Shown here piece by piece: positions 19,702 to 28,882 of a DNA stretch of 64,000 bases. The first letter of the stretch is position 1; the number at the start of each line of letters is the position of its first letter. The translations under genes and the position numbers were made by a program. The notes beneath the pieces are model-generated. The model was not told the origin of the DNA. It searched no databases and was given only the letters and a program-made list of their open reading frames with translations. Source of the DNA: an uncultured Candidatus Saccharibacteria bacterium (GTDB lineage Bacteria > Patescibacteriota > Saccharimonadia > Saccharimonadales > AWTP1-31); assembly GCA_964409615.1 (NCBI GenBank), contig CAYPDT010000001.1, forward strand, positions 142,629-206,628, given 5' to 3'.

Positions 19702-20730
19702 CTAATAGATGTACGAGTAGCCGGCAGCGGCATCGGGTGATAGAGTCTTGTAGCTGACTACGCCCCAGCCAGCAACGTTCATCTCGGAAACATGTACTGT
19801 TCCATCTGCGTCTACGGAATCGACATAGCCAACGTGGCCATAGTAGTCGCGTGGCGGTGTCCAGATAACAGCTCCGGCTTGCGGAACACTACCAACAGAG
19901 AACCCAGCTCGTTGTGCTAAGACCTTCCAGGTACTAGCATTACCAAGGTTACTTGGGATTGGACGGCCAGCTTGAGCACGACGATTAGCAGCATACCAGG
20001 TACAATAACCGTAGTCATATCCGTTTGATCCATAGATAGCACCACTGCCACCCCATGCGAATCCACTACCATAACCAGCGGCTGTCGCAACGCGAGGGGT
20101 AACTACCGGCGCCACACTACCATCTCGCAAGAGTAACTTACTACCAATACGCAAGCCCGCGGCATCAATATCATTGTCAGCAATTACCTGCTCTTTGTTT
20201 GCCTTATATTTAGACACAATCGAATCAACGGTATCACCGTCTTTAACTACGTAGACCACACCATTGACTGGAGCAATTAAGATAACTTTGCCGGCGTCAA
20301 TATTGTCGCCCTGCAGGCCATTTGACCATCGAATAGTATCGGAGGTGATATTGAACTTAGCAGCGATACTAGGAATAGTGTCGCCTGCGACGGTTGTATA
20401 GTTACGAATGTCTTTGTAGGATTTTAAGCTCGTAGCTACAACTTGAGGCTTGGCGATTACAGTGTCATCAGATGCTGAAACAGCAAGCTGAGCATTAACA
20501 GTATCTGCTTTGTTAGCTACAGATGGCGCTTCTGTTAAGTTGGTTAGACGGGCTACGTGCACAGCAATATCTGCAGATGAAATCTGGTCAAGGGCACTTG
20601 TAACAGAACTTGTGTCGTTGGCGTTAACAATACTGTTGTTGGCACTTGGGCCCGAGCTTGGGGTTCTTAAGACAAATATAGTTACACCAGCCAACATAAT
20701 AAGGTTAGCTAGTAGAATGCCGTATCGCAC
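19702..20730 (-). CDS. Peptidoglycan hydrolase: N-terminal TM anchor, two LysM domains, C-terminal CHAP domain
   Basis: LysM: YTTVAGDTIPSIAAKFNI and YVVKDGDTVDSIVSKY. CHAP: CTWYAANRR...YGHVGYVDSV. The true start may be a non-canonical ATT at 20844 (see findings). Confidence 0.8.
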   Translation of the reverse strand: MRYGILLANLIMLAGVTIFVLRTPSSGPSANNSIVNANDTSSVTSALDQISSADIAVHVARLTNLTEAPSVANKADTVNAQLAVSASDDTVIAKPQVVATSLKSYKDIRNYTTVAGDTIPSIAAKFNITSDTIRWSNGLQGDNIDAGKVILIAPVNGVVYVVKDGDTVDSIVSKYKANKEQVIADNDIDAAGLRIGSKLLLRDGSVAPVVTPRVATAAGYGSGFAWGGSGAIYGSNGYDYGYCTWYAANRRAQAGRPIPSNLGNASTWKVLAQRAGFSVGSVPQAGAVIWTPPRDYYGHVGYVDSVDADGTVHVSEMNVAGWGVVSYKTLSPDAAAGYSYIY

Positions 20731-21016
20731 TATTCGTTTGCGATACCGCTTTGTGAGTGTTTTTTGAAGTTTTTGTGTTTTGGCTGTAGCGTCTCCGAAA
20801 CGAGTTACGGGTCCGGCGTTCAGCGCTTTACTAAAACTACGAATAATAATCTCCTGATGTGTAAAACATCATGGCTCAAAGTAGTTTATTACTTAATTTT
20901 GAGAGTTATCGACAGTACTCTTCTCTACTAATATTGAACGTGCTACTTTGAGGCAATTACGAGTGAAATATGAACAAATACACGTAATTGCTAGGAATCA
21001 TAGTAGCATATTTAGT

Positions 21017-21055
21017 CAACAAAACCAACACCCACAACAGGGGTGACCCCTGTTG
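21017..21055 (-). terminator. Candidate intrinsic terminator downstream of mltG
   Basis: Minus-strand hairpin CAACAGGGG-UCA-CCCCUGUUG (21055->21035, 9-bp stem), followed by the U-rich tract UGGGUGUUGGUUUUGUUG. Confidence 0.45.
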
Positions 21056-21094
21056 CTAAGAAGTGAATATTATCATACCACACCATATTTTCCC

Positions 21095-21121
21095 TGTTTC
21101 CAAGGTCGGACCTTGGAAACA
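21095..21121. repeat. Intergenic palindrome family, copy 4: TGTTTCCAAGGTCGGACCTTGGAAACA (perfect, 27 nt; centre base inverted relative to copy 3)
   Basis: Read directly. Separated by 11 nt (21122-21132) from the mltG stop codon at 21133-21135. Flanked by ACACCATATTTT (21080-21091) and ACCCCTGTTG (21046-21055), as in copy 1. Confidence 0.85.
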
Positions 21122-21132
21122 TAGTGGGTGGG

Positions 21133-22176
21133 TTATTGGCAGAGTTTTTTACAATGTTGTGCGGTGAGAGCTTCGTGGTCTTGAAGTGTTTTACTGAAGT
21201 AGGTAACTCCATCGTCGCCAGCGACGAAGAAGAGCCAATCAGTGTTAGCTGGGTTAGAGACGGCTTGCAGCGAACTTTCGCTGACATTACTAATTGGACC
21301 GGGCGGCAAGCCTTTACGGTAGTGCGTGTTGTATTCAGATTTATAGGTCACTGATGGCTCTTGGCCAGCAATAATCGAACCATAAAATGCAGTAACATCT
21401 GAGCCAAGCTCCATATCCACACTCAACCGCTTTAAGAATACCTGGGCTACCTTAGGTTTATCTGCAGGCTCGGAAACTTCTTGCTCAACAATTGATGCCA
21501 AGATTATTGCTTGATGTACAGTGAGACCCTTAGCAGCAAATGAAGCCCTAACGCTGGGGGTTAGCCGTTTCGCCATCTCATCTAATGATGCTGTGACAAT
21601 TTGCTGAGGAGTAGTTTCGGCAGTTTTCTGGAAAGATTCTGGATACAAATATCCTTCAAGTGATGCACCGACAGGCTTATCTACCAAAGCGGGATGCTCA
21701 TTGTACAGCGCCGGGTTAAACGCTTTCTCGACTGCAGTAGGGTCAAAACCAGCGTTTACAAATGTCTGCTCAATCTGATCAAGTCGCTGACCAGGCTTAA
21801 TAGTAATGAGGTTGCTGGCAACTTTCCCTTCGGTGATAATATCGACAATCTCGGCTACGGTTTGATTTGGCTTTATTGCGTAAGTGCCTGCCTGAATAGC
21901 ATCTTGGAGCCCCTGGTTACGTACGTATTGCTTAAAAGCCCACGTACTACGAATTGCGCCTTTCTGATAAAAAATATCAGCCACCTCACTTAAGCCAGAG
22001 CCTTTGGGAATAGTTATGGTAAGTGTTTTTTGACTGGTACTCACAGCTTTTAGATTATCAAAGTAATACTTACGAGCAACGTACACGCCGCCACCAATAG
22101 CCAAAATTACTGCTAAAAAGATAACCAATAATAACCTTCGCATGCCGCGTGGACGATGATGAGATTGCAGACTCAC
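21133..22176 (-). CDS. mltG: Endolytic murein transglycosylase MltG (YceG family)
   Basis: N-terminal TM anchor. C-terminal signature EYNTHYRKGLPPGPISN...WLFFVAGDDGVTYFSKTLQDHE. Confidence 0.9.
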   Translation of the reverse strand: MSLQSHHRPRGMRRLLLVIFLAVILAIGGGVYVARKYYFDNLKAVSTSQKTLTITIPKGSGLSEVADIFYQKGAIRSTWAFKQYVRNQGLQDAIQAGTYAIKPNQTVAEIVDIITEGKVASNLITIKPGQRLDQIEQTFVNAGFDPTAVEKAFNPALYNEHPALVDKPVGASLEGYLYPESFQKTAETTPQQIVTASLDEMAKRLTPSVRASFAAKGLTVHQAIILASIVEQEVSEPADKPKVAQVFLKRLSVDMELGSDVTAFYGSIIAGQEPSVTYKSEYNTHYRKGLPPGPISNVSESSLQAVSNPANTDWLFFVAGDDGVTYFSKTLQDHEALTAQHCKKLCQ

Positions 22177-22598
22177 CCTCGTAACTCCGGGTGACTATCG
22201 AGAAAGTCTTGCAAGATATAGGTAGCCGCTAGAGCATCAATGTCGCCTTTTTGATAGGGTTTGCCACGCGCCTGGAGTTCTTCTTCGGCCTTTCGAGACG
22301 TCAGCGCTTCGTCTTGTTCATGGATTGGAATGCTCACAAGTTTTTGGATTGCCGTGATTTGCGACTGAACGTGCTTAGTCTGTGCAGTCTCTTGGCCATT
22401 CAAACCCCGCGGCAAACCCACAACAAGCGTGTCGGCTGGGTCGTTGCTGAGAAGTTTTTGGACTGCCTGCGGCAGCTCTTGCGGAGTGGCCACAATGGTA
22501 CTGTGCGGCGAAGCAATACCTACCGCCGTATGCGCCGAAGCTACGCCAGTTCTTGTTTCACCGATATCTAGAGCATAGATGCGATTAGTTGCTTGCAT
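22173..22598 (-). CDS. ruvX: Putative pre-16S rRNA nuclease / Holliday-junction-resolvase-like YqgF
   Basis: IYALDIGETRTGVA motif. Start moved to ATG 22598 (MQATNRIYALDIG). The track's longer form would overlap the upstream gene by 128 nt. Confidence 0.85.
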   Translation of the reverse strand: MQATNRIYALDIGETRTGVASAHTAVGIASPHSTIVATPQELPQAVQKLLSNDPADTLVVGLPRGLNGQETAQTKHVQSQITAIQKLVSIPIHEQDEALTSRKAEEELQARGKPYQKGDIDALAATYILQDFLDSHPELRG

Positions 22599-24357
22599 TG
22601 CCGGTTTGTTCAAACACAAAGGTAATTTTCTTAGGATTCTTAGGAGTTTTATAGACCCAGAAAGGACTATAGTCAACATCAACTTCTTTGACACCTGGTC
22701 GGTTACCGACAATAAGCTGTACTTCGCCCTTCTTTTTGCCAGCTACTTCAGCCTTGAGAGCATCTTCGTTAACCTCGGCACCAGTACTAACAGTCGACTG
22801 TACTGACAGTGTTTGCAAGCCGCTCGATTTTTTATCGGTCACCCGGAAAATAGCCTTGGTAAGTCCATCGTTCTGAATACTTTGCTTGGTAGAGTCAATC
22901 TGTGACTTTGCACTATTAACGACTAGTGCCTTTAGTTGGTCACGCTTTACGCCTAGCATCTTGTAAATAACAATACTCGTGACCGTCACATCGCTGGCTT
23001 CGGTACCAACGGCTGGCGCGGCCGTAACAGTAGGAGCATCCGCACCAAACGTCTCGACTATACTAAACAAGTCGGCATCTTGGAATTGTTTTTTTAGGTC
23101 AGTTAGGGCAGCGTCTTTACTCTTGTCGTTTAGCTTTTGCTTTGCAGTCTCGATATCTTGGTCGCTCACCACAGTGACTTCCCTGTTTGTTCCGCCAGTC
23201 ATGGCGCTGCTATCGGTACCAGCTACATTACTGAAGCCAGAGACGGTGAATGTTCGGCCGCCGCTAATGTTGTATTGGTCGCCGGGATTCTGGGCAACTA
23301 CCTTAACGGTGCCTGTGGTAAATGATGGGAAGCTGGCGTTCTGACACTTGTTACCAATTTTAACGCTGTTAAAGCTGATATCGGTTTGCGTGATAAACGT
23401 CTGGCCACCATTGCTAACTCCGGTGCCGCTGGGGATTGTAACCTCATCTTGTGCGCAGTCGGTCAGCTTAAGGCTGACCGTACCAGTAGCTTTTTCACCA
23501 ACGTTCTTTTTGCCAGTGGCAGTAACTTTCTCGGCATCGGTTTTTTGAACTTGCTTTTCGATAGCTGGGATAATCCCCTGCTTTTCATCGAAGGTTTTGG
23601 TAGAAGTGCTGGCTGTAAAGTTCACACTTGTATTAACACTCACATCATTTGTCTTAATAATGATTTTGGCGGTGGGTAGTACAAAGTTTGCCAAATACAG
23701 ACCAATTAACAGGACGACAAAAACACCGCCGCCAATGAGTAGCTTAGTGCGAAACTTCTCGAAGTTAGGAATTTTAAGCTTTTTGTCACCCTTGCCTGTG
23801 CCGGCTGGCTTAGCTTCGGCTACATCTTCAGCATCTGTCTCAGCTTCGTCGTCGAGGTCAATAGTTTCTTCTGCGGGAGCAATCGGCGACTTGACGCTTT
23901 GACTTACTTTTTTGGCAGTTGCTAGTTCGCCAACGGTCTTTTCTTTGTCGAGAGGCTCATCACTAACCTCGTCGCTTTCAATATCGTCTGGCAGGTCATC
24001 GGCGGCATCATCTTCAGAAACGCCAGCCTCGGCATCGCCAAGCGCAATATCGTCTGACGGTACGTCGGGAGCTGCTGGGATGGCTGGTTTGGACTGCAGT
24101 GTCTTGGCCACGTGTAACTTAACAGCACCGGCTAAAGGTAGTAGCCCCGACTCTGAGGTAATGAGTACTAACTTTTTCTTGTGAGTATCACCGCTGCGCT
24201 TTAAGAGCTTCATATTAACAATGCTTTGTAGCACTGCTGCGCGTTTCGGCAGTACCAAAGCGATAATTTTGTGGTCGCTACTAGCAATCTTATCGATAAT
24301 GCTCGTTATCTCATCATCGACGTCGACATAAATGGTATCTTTGCTTGCTTCTGCCAT
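22585..24357 (-). CDS. Hypothetical bitopic membrane protein (590 aa)
   Basis: Has a roughly 90-aa cytoplasmic N-domain, a long acidic linker (DDAADDLPDDIESDEVSDE), one TM (LLIGGGVFVVLLIGLYLANFVL) and a roughly 350-aa Thr/Val-rich external domain. Confidence 0.6.
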   Translation of the reverse strand: MAEASKDTIYVDVDDEITSIIDKIASSDHKIIALVLPKRAAVLQSIVNMKLLKRSGDTHKKKLVLITSESGLLPLAGAVKLHVAKTLQSKPAIPAAPDVPSDDIALGDAEAGVSEDDAADDLPDDIESDEVSDEPLDKEKTVGELATAKKVSQSVKSPIAPAEETIDLDDEAETDAEDVAEAKPAGTGKGDKKLKIPNFEKFRTKLLIGGGVFVVLLIGLYLANFVLPTAKIIIKTNDVSVNTSVNFTASTSTKTFDEKQGIIPAIEKQVQKTDAEKVTATGKKNVGEKATGTVSLKLTDCAQDEVTIPSGTGVSNGGQTFITQTDISFNSVKIGNKCQNASFPSFTTGTVKVVAQNPGDQYNISGGRTFTVSGFSNVAGTDSSAMTGGTNREVTVVSDQDIETAKQKLNDKSKDAALTDLKKQFQDADLFSIVETFGADAPTVTAAPAVGTEASDVTVTSIVIYKMLGVKRDQLKALVVNSAKSQIDSTKQSIQNDGLTKAIFRVTDKKSSGLQTLSVQSTVSTGAEVNEDALKAEVAGKKKGEVQLIVGNRPGVKEVDVDYSPFWVYKTPKNPKKITFVFEQTGNASN

Positions 24358-24389
24358 AGTTATTTACACTCGTTCTTTATACACGTTGT

Positions 24390-25739
24390 TTAAACTCGTA
24401 ATATTTTATCAATTTTTTGTCGAAAAGACCCGCCGGGCCCGTTAGGACCATCTTGCTGAACAGTATCTAAACCAACACGCAACAACCCCATAGCCGTAAT
24501 AAACGTATGGTCGGTTACGGTGCCAGTCTCGTCGGTGATACCAACAACATGACTCGGTTTGATGTGCTGTACAACCGGCTTACGCGTAAACGGCAAATCG
24601 GCATACCAGTTAGATGACTCGAGGCGCTCCATGAGCATATCTAGGCTCGATCCGCCTCCGCATAATAGAATCCGGCGTGGTAAATGATCAAGCTGGGTAA
24701 ATTCGCCAAGGGCTAATTCTACGCCTGCCGTCCAAACGTCAAGCGTTTTGGTTAGACTTTTTTCGAGAACTGGGACCTTAGACTGCGGAACTTTATGGGT
24801 AGAGATTCCAAGCTTGAGCTCTTCTGCCTGCACGAAGCTTACTCCCAAGTCACGTTCGATGCTACGCGTGTAGGCCCGACCACCAATACCAAACATCTTA
24901 GTACCTTGTACCCCGCCATCGTTAATAACAGCAATGTCGGTGGTACCACCGCCAATGTCCATAAGGATGGCGCTCATACTGGCGTTAGCGTCATCACCAA
25001 TTACTGAACGAGCCACGGCAAATGGTTCTGCTGCCACGGCGACTAAGTCTAGGTCGAGCTCTTTGGCGGTGCGCTCGAGGGCACCAATATGAATCATAGG
25101 TGCAAAAGCGGTATACAACTGTACGACCACCTCTTTACCCTTAAAGCCTACTGGGCTGGTAACTGGATAGCCATCAATTTCGATATTTACTAAAGCACTG
25201 TTAACTAGTCTAATTTCAACGTCTTTGCCGCCAAGCTCCCAAGCTAGCTGCTGTTTGGCACGTTCCCGTGCCCGCTGCTGCACTAGGCCAATAATGCGTT
25301 CAACCTCGGCAATATCAAGTTCTTTTTCTGGGTTCTTGCGATTACAGCGCACTGTAGTGGTAGTACCCTTCACAAGCTCGCCGGCGATACCAATAATGGC
25401 TGACTTAGTGCTGACTCCCGCTTGTTCTTCGGCCTGAGTAAGTGCTTCATCACAGTTATTAACAACTGAGGCAATATCGGCGATTGCCCCGGCTTGCATA
25501 TCGCTCAGTTCTTGATGCGCTCGGCCAACACCAACAATTTCGATACCATCTTCAGTAATTTTGCCAACCAGCGCTTTGACGAACTCGGTACCGATATCAA
25601 GTGCAACTAGGTAGCGGTCGTCATCGTTTTTTCCTCTGCAGGCCTTGGCCAATGCAGTGGCTTTAAGTTTGTTTATTTTATCTAGCATAAGCTGTTTTAG
25701 TATACCACCGGGAACGGGGTTGAGCCAGTGTTTATGCAA
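24390..25739 (-). CDS. ftsA: Cell division protein FtsA-like actin-fold ATPase
   Basis: YLVALDIGTEFVKALVGK, then ILMDIGGGTTDIAV, then LLCGGGS, which are the actin/HSP70-fold phosphate and adenosine motifs in FtsA order. Confidence 0.75.
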   Translation of the reverse strand: MHKHWLNPVPGGILKQLMLDKINKLKATALAKACRGKNDDDRYLVALDIGTEFVKALVGKITEDGIEIVGVGRAHQELSDMQAGAIADIASVVNNCDEALTQAEEQAGVSTKSAIIGIAGELVKGTTTTVRCNRKNPEKELDIAEVERIIGLVQQRARERAKQQLAWELGGKDVEIRLVNSALVNIEIDGYPVTSPVGFKGKEVVVQLYTAFAPMIHIGALERTAKELDLDLVAVAAEPFAVARSVIGDDANASMSAILMDIGGGTTDIAVINDGGVQGTKMFGIGGRAYTRSIERDLGVSFVQAEELKLGISTHKVPQSKVPVLEKSLTKTLDVWTAGVELALGEFTQLDHLPRRILLCGGGSSLDMLMERLESSNWYADLPFTRKPVVQHIKPSHVVGITDETGTVTDHTFITAMGLLRVGLDTVQQDGPNGPGGSFRQKIDKILRV

Positions 25740-25745
25740 ACCATA

Positions 25746-26042
25746 TTACTTAGTTGGGGGAAATTCGATAGGAGTAAGCGCCAAACCCGAGGCGGCTACA
25801 GCCTCCCATTCGGCCGGCCCAACAACTTCAATAGTCAAATCACCCACAATTCGCGGCAGATACGATGCGTGGTCAACCACTACCCCAGCTTGCGCCAGAG
25901 CCATCTTGGCGGCCTCTCGCTGCGCCGGATTTGTTAAAGCAATATCAAATACCTGACCTTCAACACCAAAATCGTGGCGCAGAAAAAGCTCCCCAAAAAT
26001 TAGCGGAACCGTTGTTTCACCACTACTGCTTTTTGCAACCAT
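25746..26042 (-). CDS. Hypothetical protein (98 aa)
   Basis: Strong AAAGGAGGG Shine-Dalgarno 8 nt before ATG 26042. Tightly packed upstream of ftsA (6-nt gap). Confidence 0.6.
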   Translation of the reverse strand: MVAKSSSGETTVPLIFGELFLRHDFGVEGQVFDIALTNPAQREAAKMALAQAGVVVDHASYLPRIVGDLTIEVVGPAEWEAVAASGLALTPIEFPPTK

Positions 26043-26086
26043 GGTTATATCCCTCCTTTAATAACCATTATGTCTTTTGTTTGCGT

Positions 26087-27985
26087 CTAGACTAAAGCGG
26101 CTTTGATGCGTCGGACACCGGCGCTACTGGCCTCTTCTTTAAGAATTTTGAACTTCTTGCCGTCTTCGATAAGCTGCAAGGTGTGGTCAACATGTGGGCC
26201 ACCACAAATTTCAAAACTGAATGGTTTTTTTGCACCATCAGCAATCATTTTGTACACCTTAACTGTTTCGCCATAACGGTCTCCGAACTGACCAAGAGCA
26301 CCAAGTGGTCCGGTTGCTTCTGCGGTAGGATATTCAGCCCATGATACCTGTAGGTCTTTGCCAATTTGCTCATTTACGATAGCTTCAACTTGGTCGAGTT
26401 GTTCACGAGTAACTTTTTCGGGATGACTAAAGTCGAAACGTAGTCGTTCTTCGGTAATGTTCGAACCGCGCTGGATAACATGGCCGCCCAAGACATCGCG
26501 TAGCGCCTGGTACATCAAGTGTGTAGCAGTATGGTATTTCTTGTGTTGCATGGTCTGGCCACCCAAGCCACCCTTAAACTGTCCCTTGGTTGCCGTGCGT
26601 GACATTTCGCGTTGCTTTTGCATGTGGGTATCGAACTGCTCGCGCCAATCACTAGCCAAGTCGATGTCTTGTTGCTTGGCTTCTTCTTCACTCAGCTCGA
26701 CCGGGAAACCGTACGTATCGTAGAGTTTAAAGATAAGTTCCCCATGATGATTTTTCTCTGCTCCGTCAAATAACTTCTTAAATTCTCGGAGTCCTTTGGT
26801 GAGAGTTTGGCGAAAGGCTTTTTCTTCTTTCTGCATAATGTTCATGATTTCATCGCGTTTTGCGGCAATCTCTGGGAAGTCTTGGTGGTAGCAATCGGTG
26901 ATAATAGGTACGGCTAGTTGCATTAAGTCTTTTTCGATACCTAGGTCGAAGGCAAAGCGGACCGCACGCCGAATCAGGCGACGCATCACATAGCCTTGTT
27001 CTTTATTACTTGGTGTAACCCCATCTACGGCTAGGAAAGCAGCAACACGCAAATGGTCGGCGATAACTCGCATTGCTGCGGTATGGTCGGCATATTTTTT
27101 GCCTGTTTGTTTTTCCAGGCCTTCAATGATTGGCCACAGAAGGCTGATTTTGAACATGTCGGAGCTATCGATAGCGGCAGCCGCAATACGCTCTAGGCCA
27201 CCACCAAAGTCAACATTTTTGTTCGGTAGTTCTTCGAAGCCTTTTTCGGTACGTTTGTAGGTCATAAAGACTGAGTTGCCGATTTCCATAAACCGGCCGC
27301 AGTCACAGTTAGGATGACAATGCTCACCGAACTCAGGATTATGCTCGACATCATCAAACATATAGAACACTTCGCTGTCTGGGCCACAGGGGTCGCCTAC
27401 GGGCGTTGTTGCCGGCTTGCCGCCGCGACTCCACCAGTTTTTTGCACCGTCATAATAGAAGATTCGTTCGCCCTCTTTTATCCCGCGCACGTAGCCGTCA
27501 GCCTCCGAGCCAATTAATGCTGGTTTAGCATCGATACCTTTGTCTTTGAATAATTTTTGCCAAATGGCGACCGATTCATCATCTTTGGGAAGGTCGAATT
27601 GTTGGTCGCCAGCAAAGACTGTGACAAATATTTTTTCTGGGTTTAGCCCAACTTGCTCTACTAAGAAACTGAAAAACCACGGCAATTGCTCGGCTTTAAA
27701 ATAATCACCAAAACTCCAATTACCAAGCATCTCGAAGAAAGTAGTGTGACGATTGTCGCCTACCTCATCGATGTCGTCAGCACGGAAGCAAGTCTGACTA
27801 TCGGCGACCCGACTACCAGCAGGATGTGGCTCACCCAATAAATACGGCAATAGGGGCTGCATGCCTGAACCAGTAAAAAGGGTGGTTGGGTCATTATCTG
27901 GCACAAGCTTAGCGCGTGGGATAATTACATGTTTATTTTGTTTACAAAATTCTAAGTAGGCGTTACGTATAGCTTGTGCATTCAT
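26087..27985 (-). CDS. alaS: Alanine--tRNA ligase, short form (632 aa; catalytic, tRNA-recognition and editing domains; no C-Ala domain)
   Basis: N-terminus IRNAYLEFCKQNKHVIIPRAKLVP..DPTTLFTGSGMQ. Editing motifs HTATHLMYQALR and CGGPHV. Ends about 240 aa earlier than typical bacterial AlaRS. Confidence 0.92.
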   Translation of the reverse strand: MNAQAIRNAYLEFCKQNKHVIIPRAKLVPDNDPTTLFTGSGMQPLLPYLLGEPHPAGSRVADSQTCFRADDIDEVGDNRHTTFFEMLGNWSFGDYFKAEQLPWFFSFLVEQVGLNPEKIFVTVFAGDQQFDLPKDDESVAIWQKLFKDKGIDAKPALIGSEADGYVRGIKEGERIFYYDGAKNWWSRGGKPATTPVGDPCGPDSEVFYMFDDVEHNPEFGEHCHPNCDCGRFMEIGNSVFMTYKRTEKGFEELPNKNVDFGGGLERIAAAAIDSSDMFKISLLWPIIEGLEKQTGKKYADHTAAMRVIADHLRVAAFLAVDGVTPSNKEQGYVMRRLIRRAVRFAFDLGIEKDLMQLAVPIITDCYHQDFPEIAAKRDEIMNIMQKEEKAFRQTLTKGLREFKKLFDGAEKNHHGELIFKLYDTYGFPVELSEEEAKQQDIDLASDWREQFDTHMQKQREMSRTATKGQFKGGLGGQTMQHKKYHTATHLMYQALRDVLGGHVIQRGSNITEERLRFDFSHPEKVTREQLDQVEAIVNEQIGKDLQVSWAEYPTAEATGPLGALGQFGDRYGETVKVYKMIADGAKKPFSFEICGGPHVDHTLQLIEDGKKFKILKEEASSAGVRRIKAALV

Positions 27986-28030
27986 ACCTCTAGTATAACA
28001 GAGGTGGAACTAGCAACAAGTAGATTAATA

Positions 28031-28741
28031 CTATTGCGGTAGCTTTGCAAAATGTACGACGTCTAAACTCACATGTTCACCCTGCCTGCCGTCTTCTGGA
28101 TAAGGTAGTCCAAGCGCCACGCCCATGTCGGTATACGTTGGGTTTAGTATATTTCTGAGATGACTGGAGCTATCTGCAAAGCATACAAAGGTTTTAATTT
28201 GGTTCAAATTAGCTTCTTCCGACACGTCGGCAACCCCGATGTTTTCACCGAGCACCTGCCAATCTGGCACAAAACTGCCGGCCGATTCAGTCAACTCAGT
28301 GTGGCGAAATTCATCGCGCTCGGTGAGCTGTAGCGCAGCTTCATGAGATGAAGTTTGTAGATTAGGTTCAAGTGATAGTGGTGATCGATTGTATAAAGCT
28401 CGTAGCTTATTTGTAGCCTCTAACCAACCTTGCGGGGTGGTCATATCTGGAGCGGTAGAGGCATCAATATTTAATTCAAATCCACAAGGATGAGGAATAT
28501 TAGCGGGGCTAGTATTGTCGATGCGCGTTGCGCTATCGGCATGCTCGGCGACAACGGCCATGAAATCGCGACTTTCAGTCAATGGCTGTTCTGTGGCGCT
28601 TGACATGTCATGTGAAAAAACAGATTGGAGCAACATGCCTGCTACGACACTAACAACAAAACCTCTCACCACCTTTTGGGGGGTCAGCTTCACTTCGCCG
28701 GCATGGGCGTGTTGGAATGTATTATGGCGCCGATTAGGCAT
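28031..28741 (-). CDS. Secreted CAP/SCP/PR1-like domain protein
   Basis: N-terminal TM/signal (VVRGFVVSVVAGMLLQSVF). C-terminal SSSHLRNILNPTYTDMGVAL is typical of the CAP (SCP) domain. Confidence 0.6.
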   Translation of the reverse strand: MPNRRHNTFQHAHAGEVKLTPQKVVRGFVVSVVAGMLLQSVFSHDMSSATEQPLTESRDFMAVVAEHADSATRIDNTSPANIPHPCGFELNIDASTAPDMTTPQGWLEATNKLRALYNRSPLSLEPNLQTSSHEAALQLTERDEFRHTELTESAGSFVPDWQVLGENIGVADVSEEANLNQIKTFVCFADSSSHLRNILNPTYTDMGVALGLPYPEDGRQGEHVSLDVVHFAKLPQ

Positions 28742-28876
28742 GTTTGCTCCTTGTACGTATCACGTACATCTATGTACAGAGCAAACTTGAGTTGCAATTC
28801 GCGGTTTCGCCATTAGCTCCACGTAGTCCAGGCGACCAAATACGGTCTACGCTTCAAAGCTGCAATTGCTCTGTAT
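28742..28876 (-). promoter_or_regulatory. Structured 5' leader of the CAP-domain gene with alternative pairings that sequester the Shine-Dalgarno
   Basis: On the RNA there are three segments: X = CAGAGCAA (28873->28866), Y = GUUUGCUCUG (28786->28777), Z = GGAGCAAAC (28750->28742). Y can pair with X or with Z. Z contains the AAGGAG Shine-Dalgarno and abuts the AUG. Confidence 0.45.
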
Positions 28877-28882
28877 GAGCAT

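Noticed and set aside
20731-21132. Possible c-di-AMP (ydaO-type) or other riboswitch in the ~400-bp region upstream of the LysM-CHAP hydrolase
   Set aside because: Cell-wall hydrolases are classic ydaO targets. However, the region is AT-rich and lacks the G-rich conserved cores and pseudo-twofold helices I would expect. It is better explained by a terminator hairpin, palindrome copy 4 and an N-terminal extension of the CDS.
22599-22712. Longer N-terminus for ruvX as given in the ORF track
   Set aside because: It would overlap the upstream 590-aa gene by 128 nt. The extra residues are not YqgF-like. The family motif starts right after the internal ATG at 22598.
27986-28030. T-box leader upstream of alaS (and likewise upstream of metG, 48085-48249)
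   Set aside because: There is no T-box consensus (GGUGGNACCGCG-like), no specifier-loop architecture and no terminator/antiterminator pair. The alaS leader is only about 20-40 nt.
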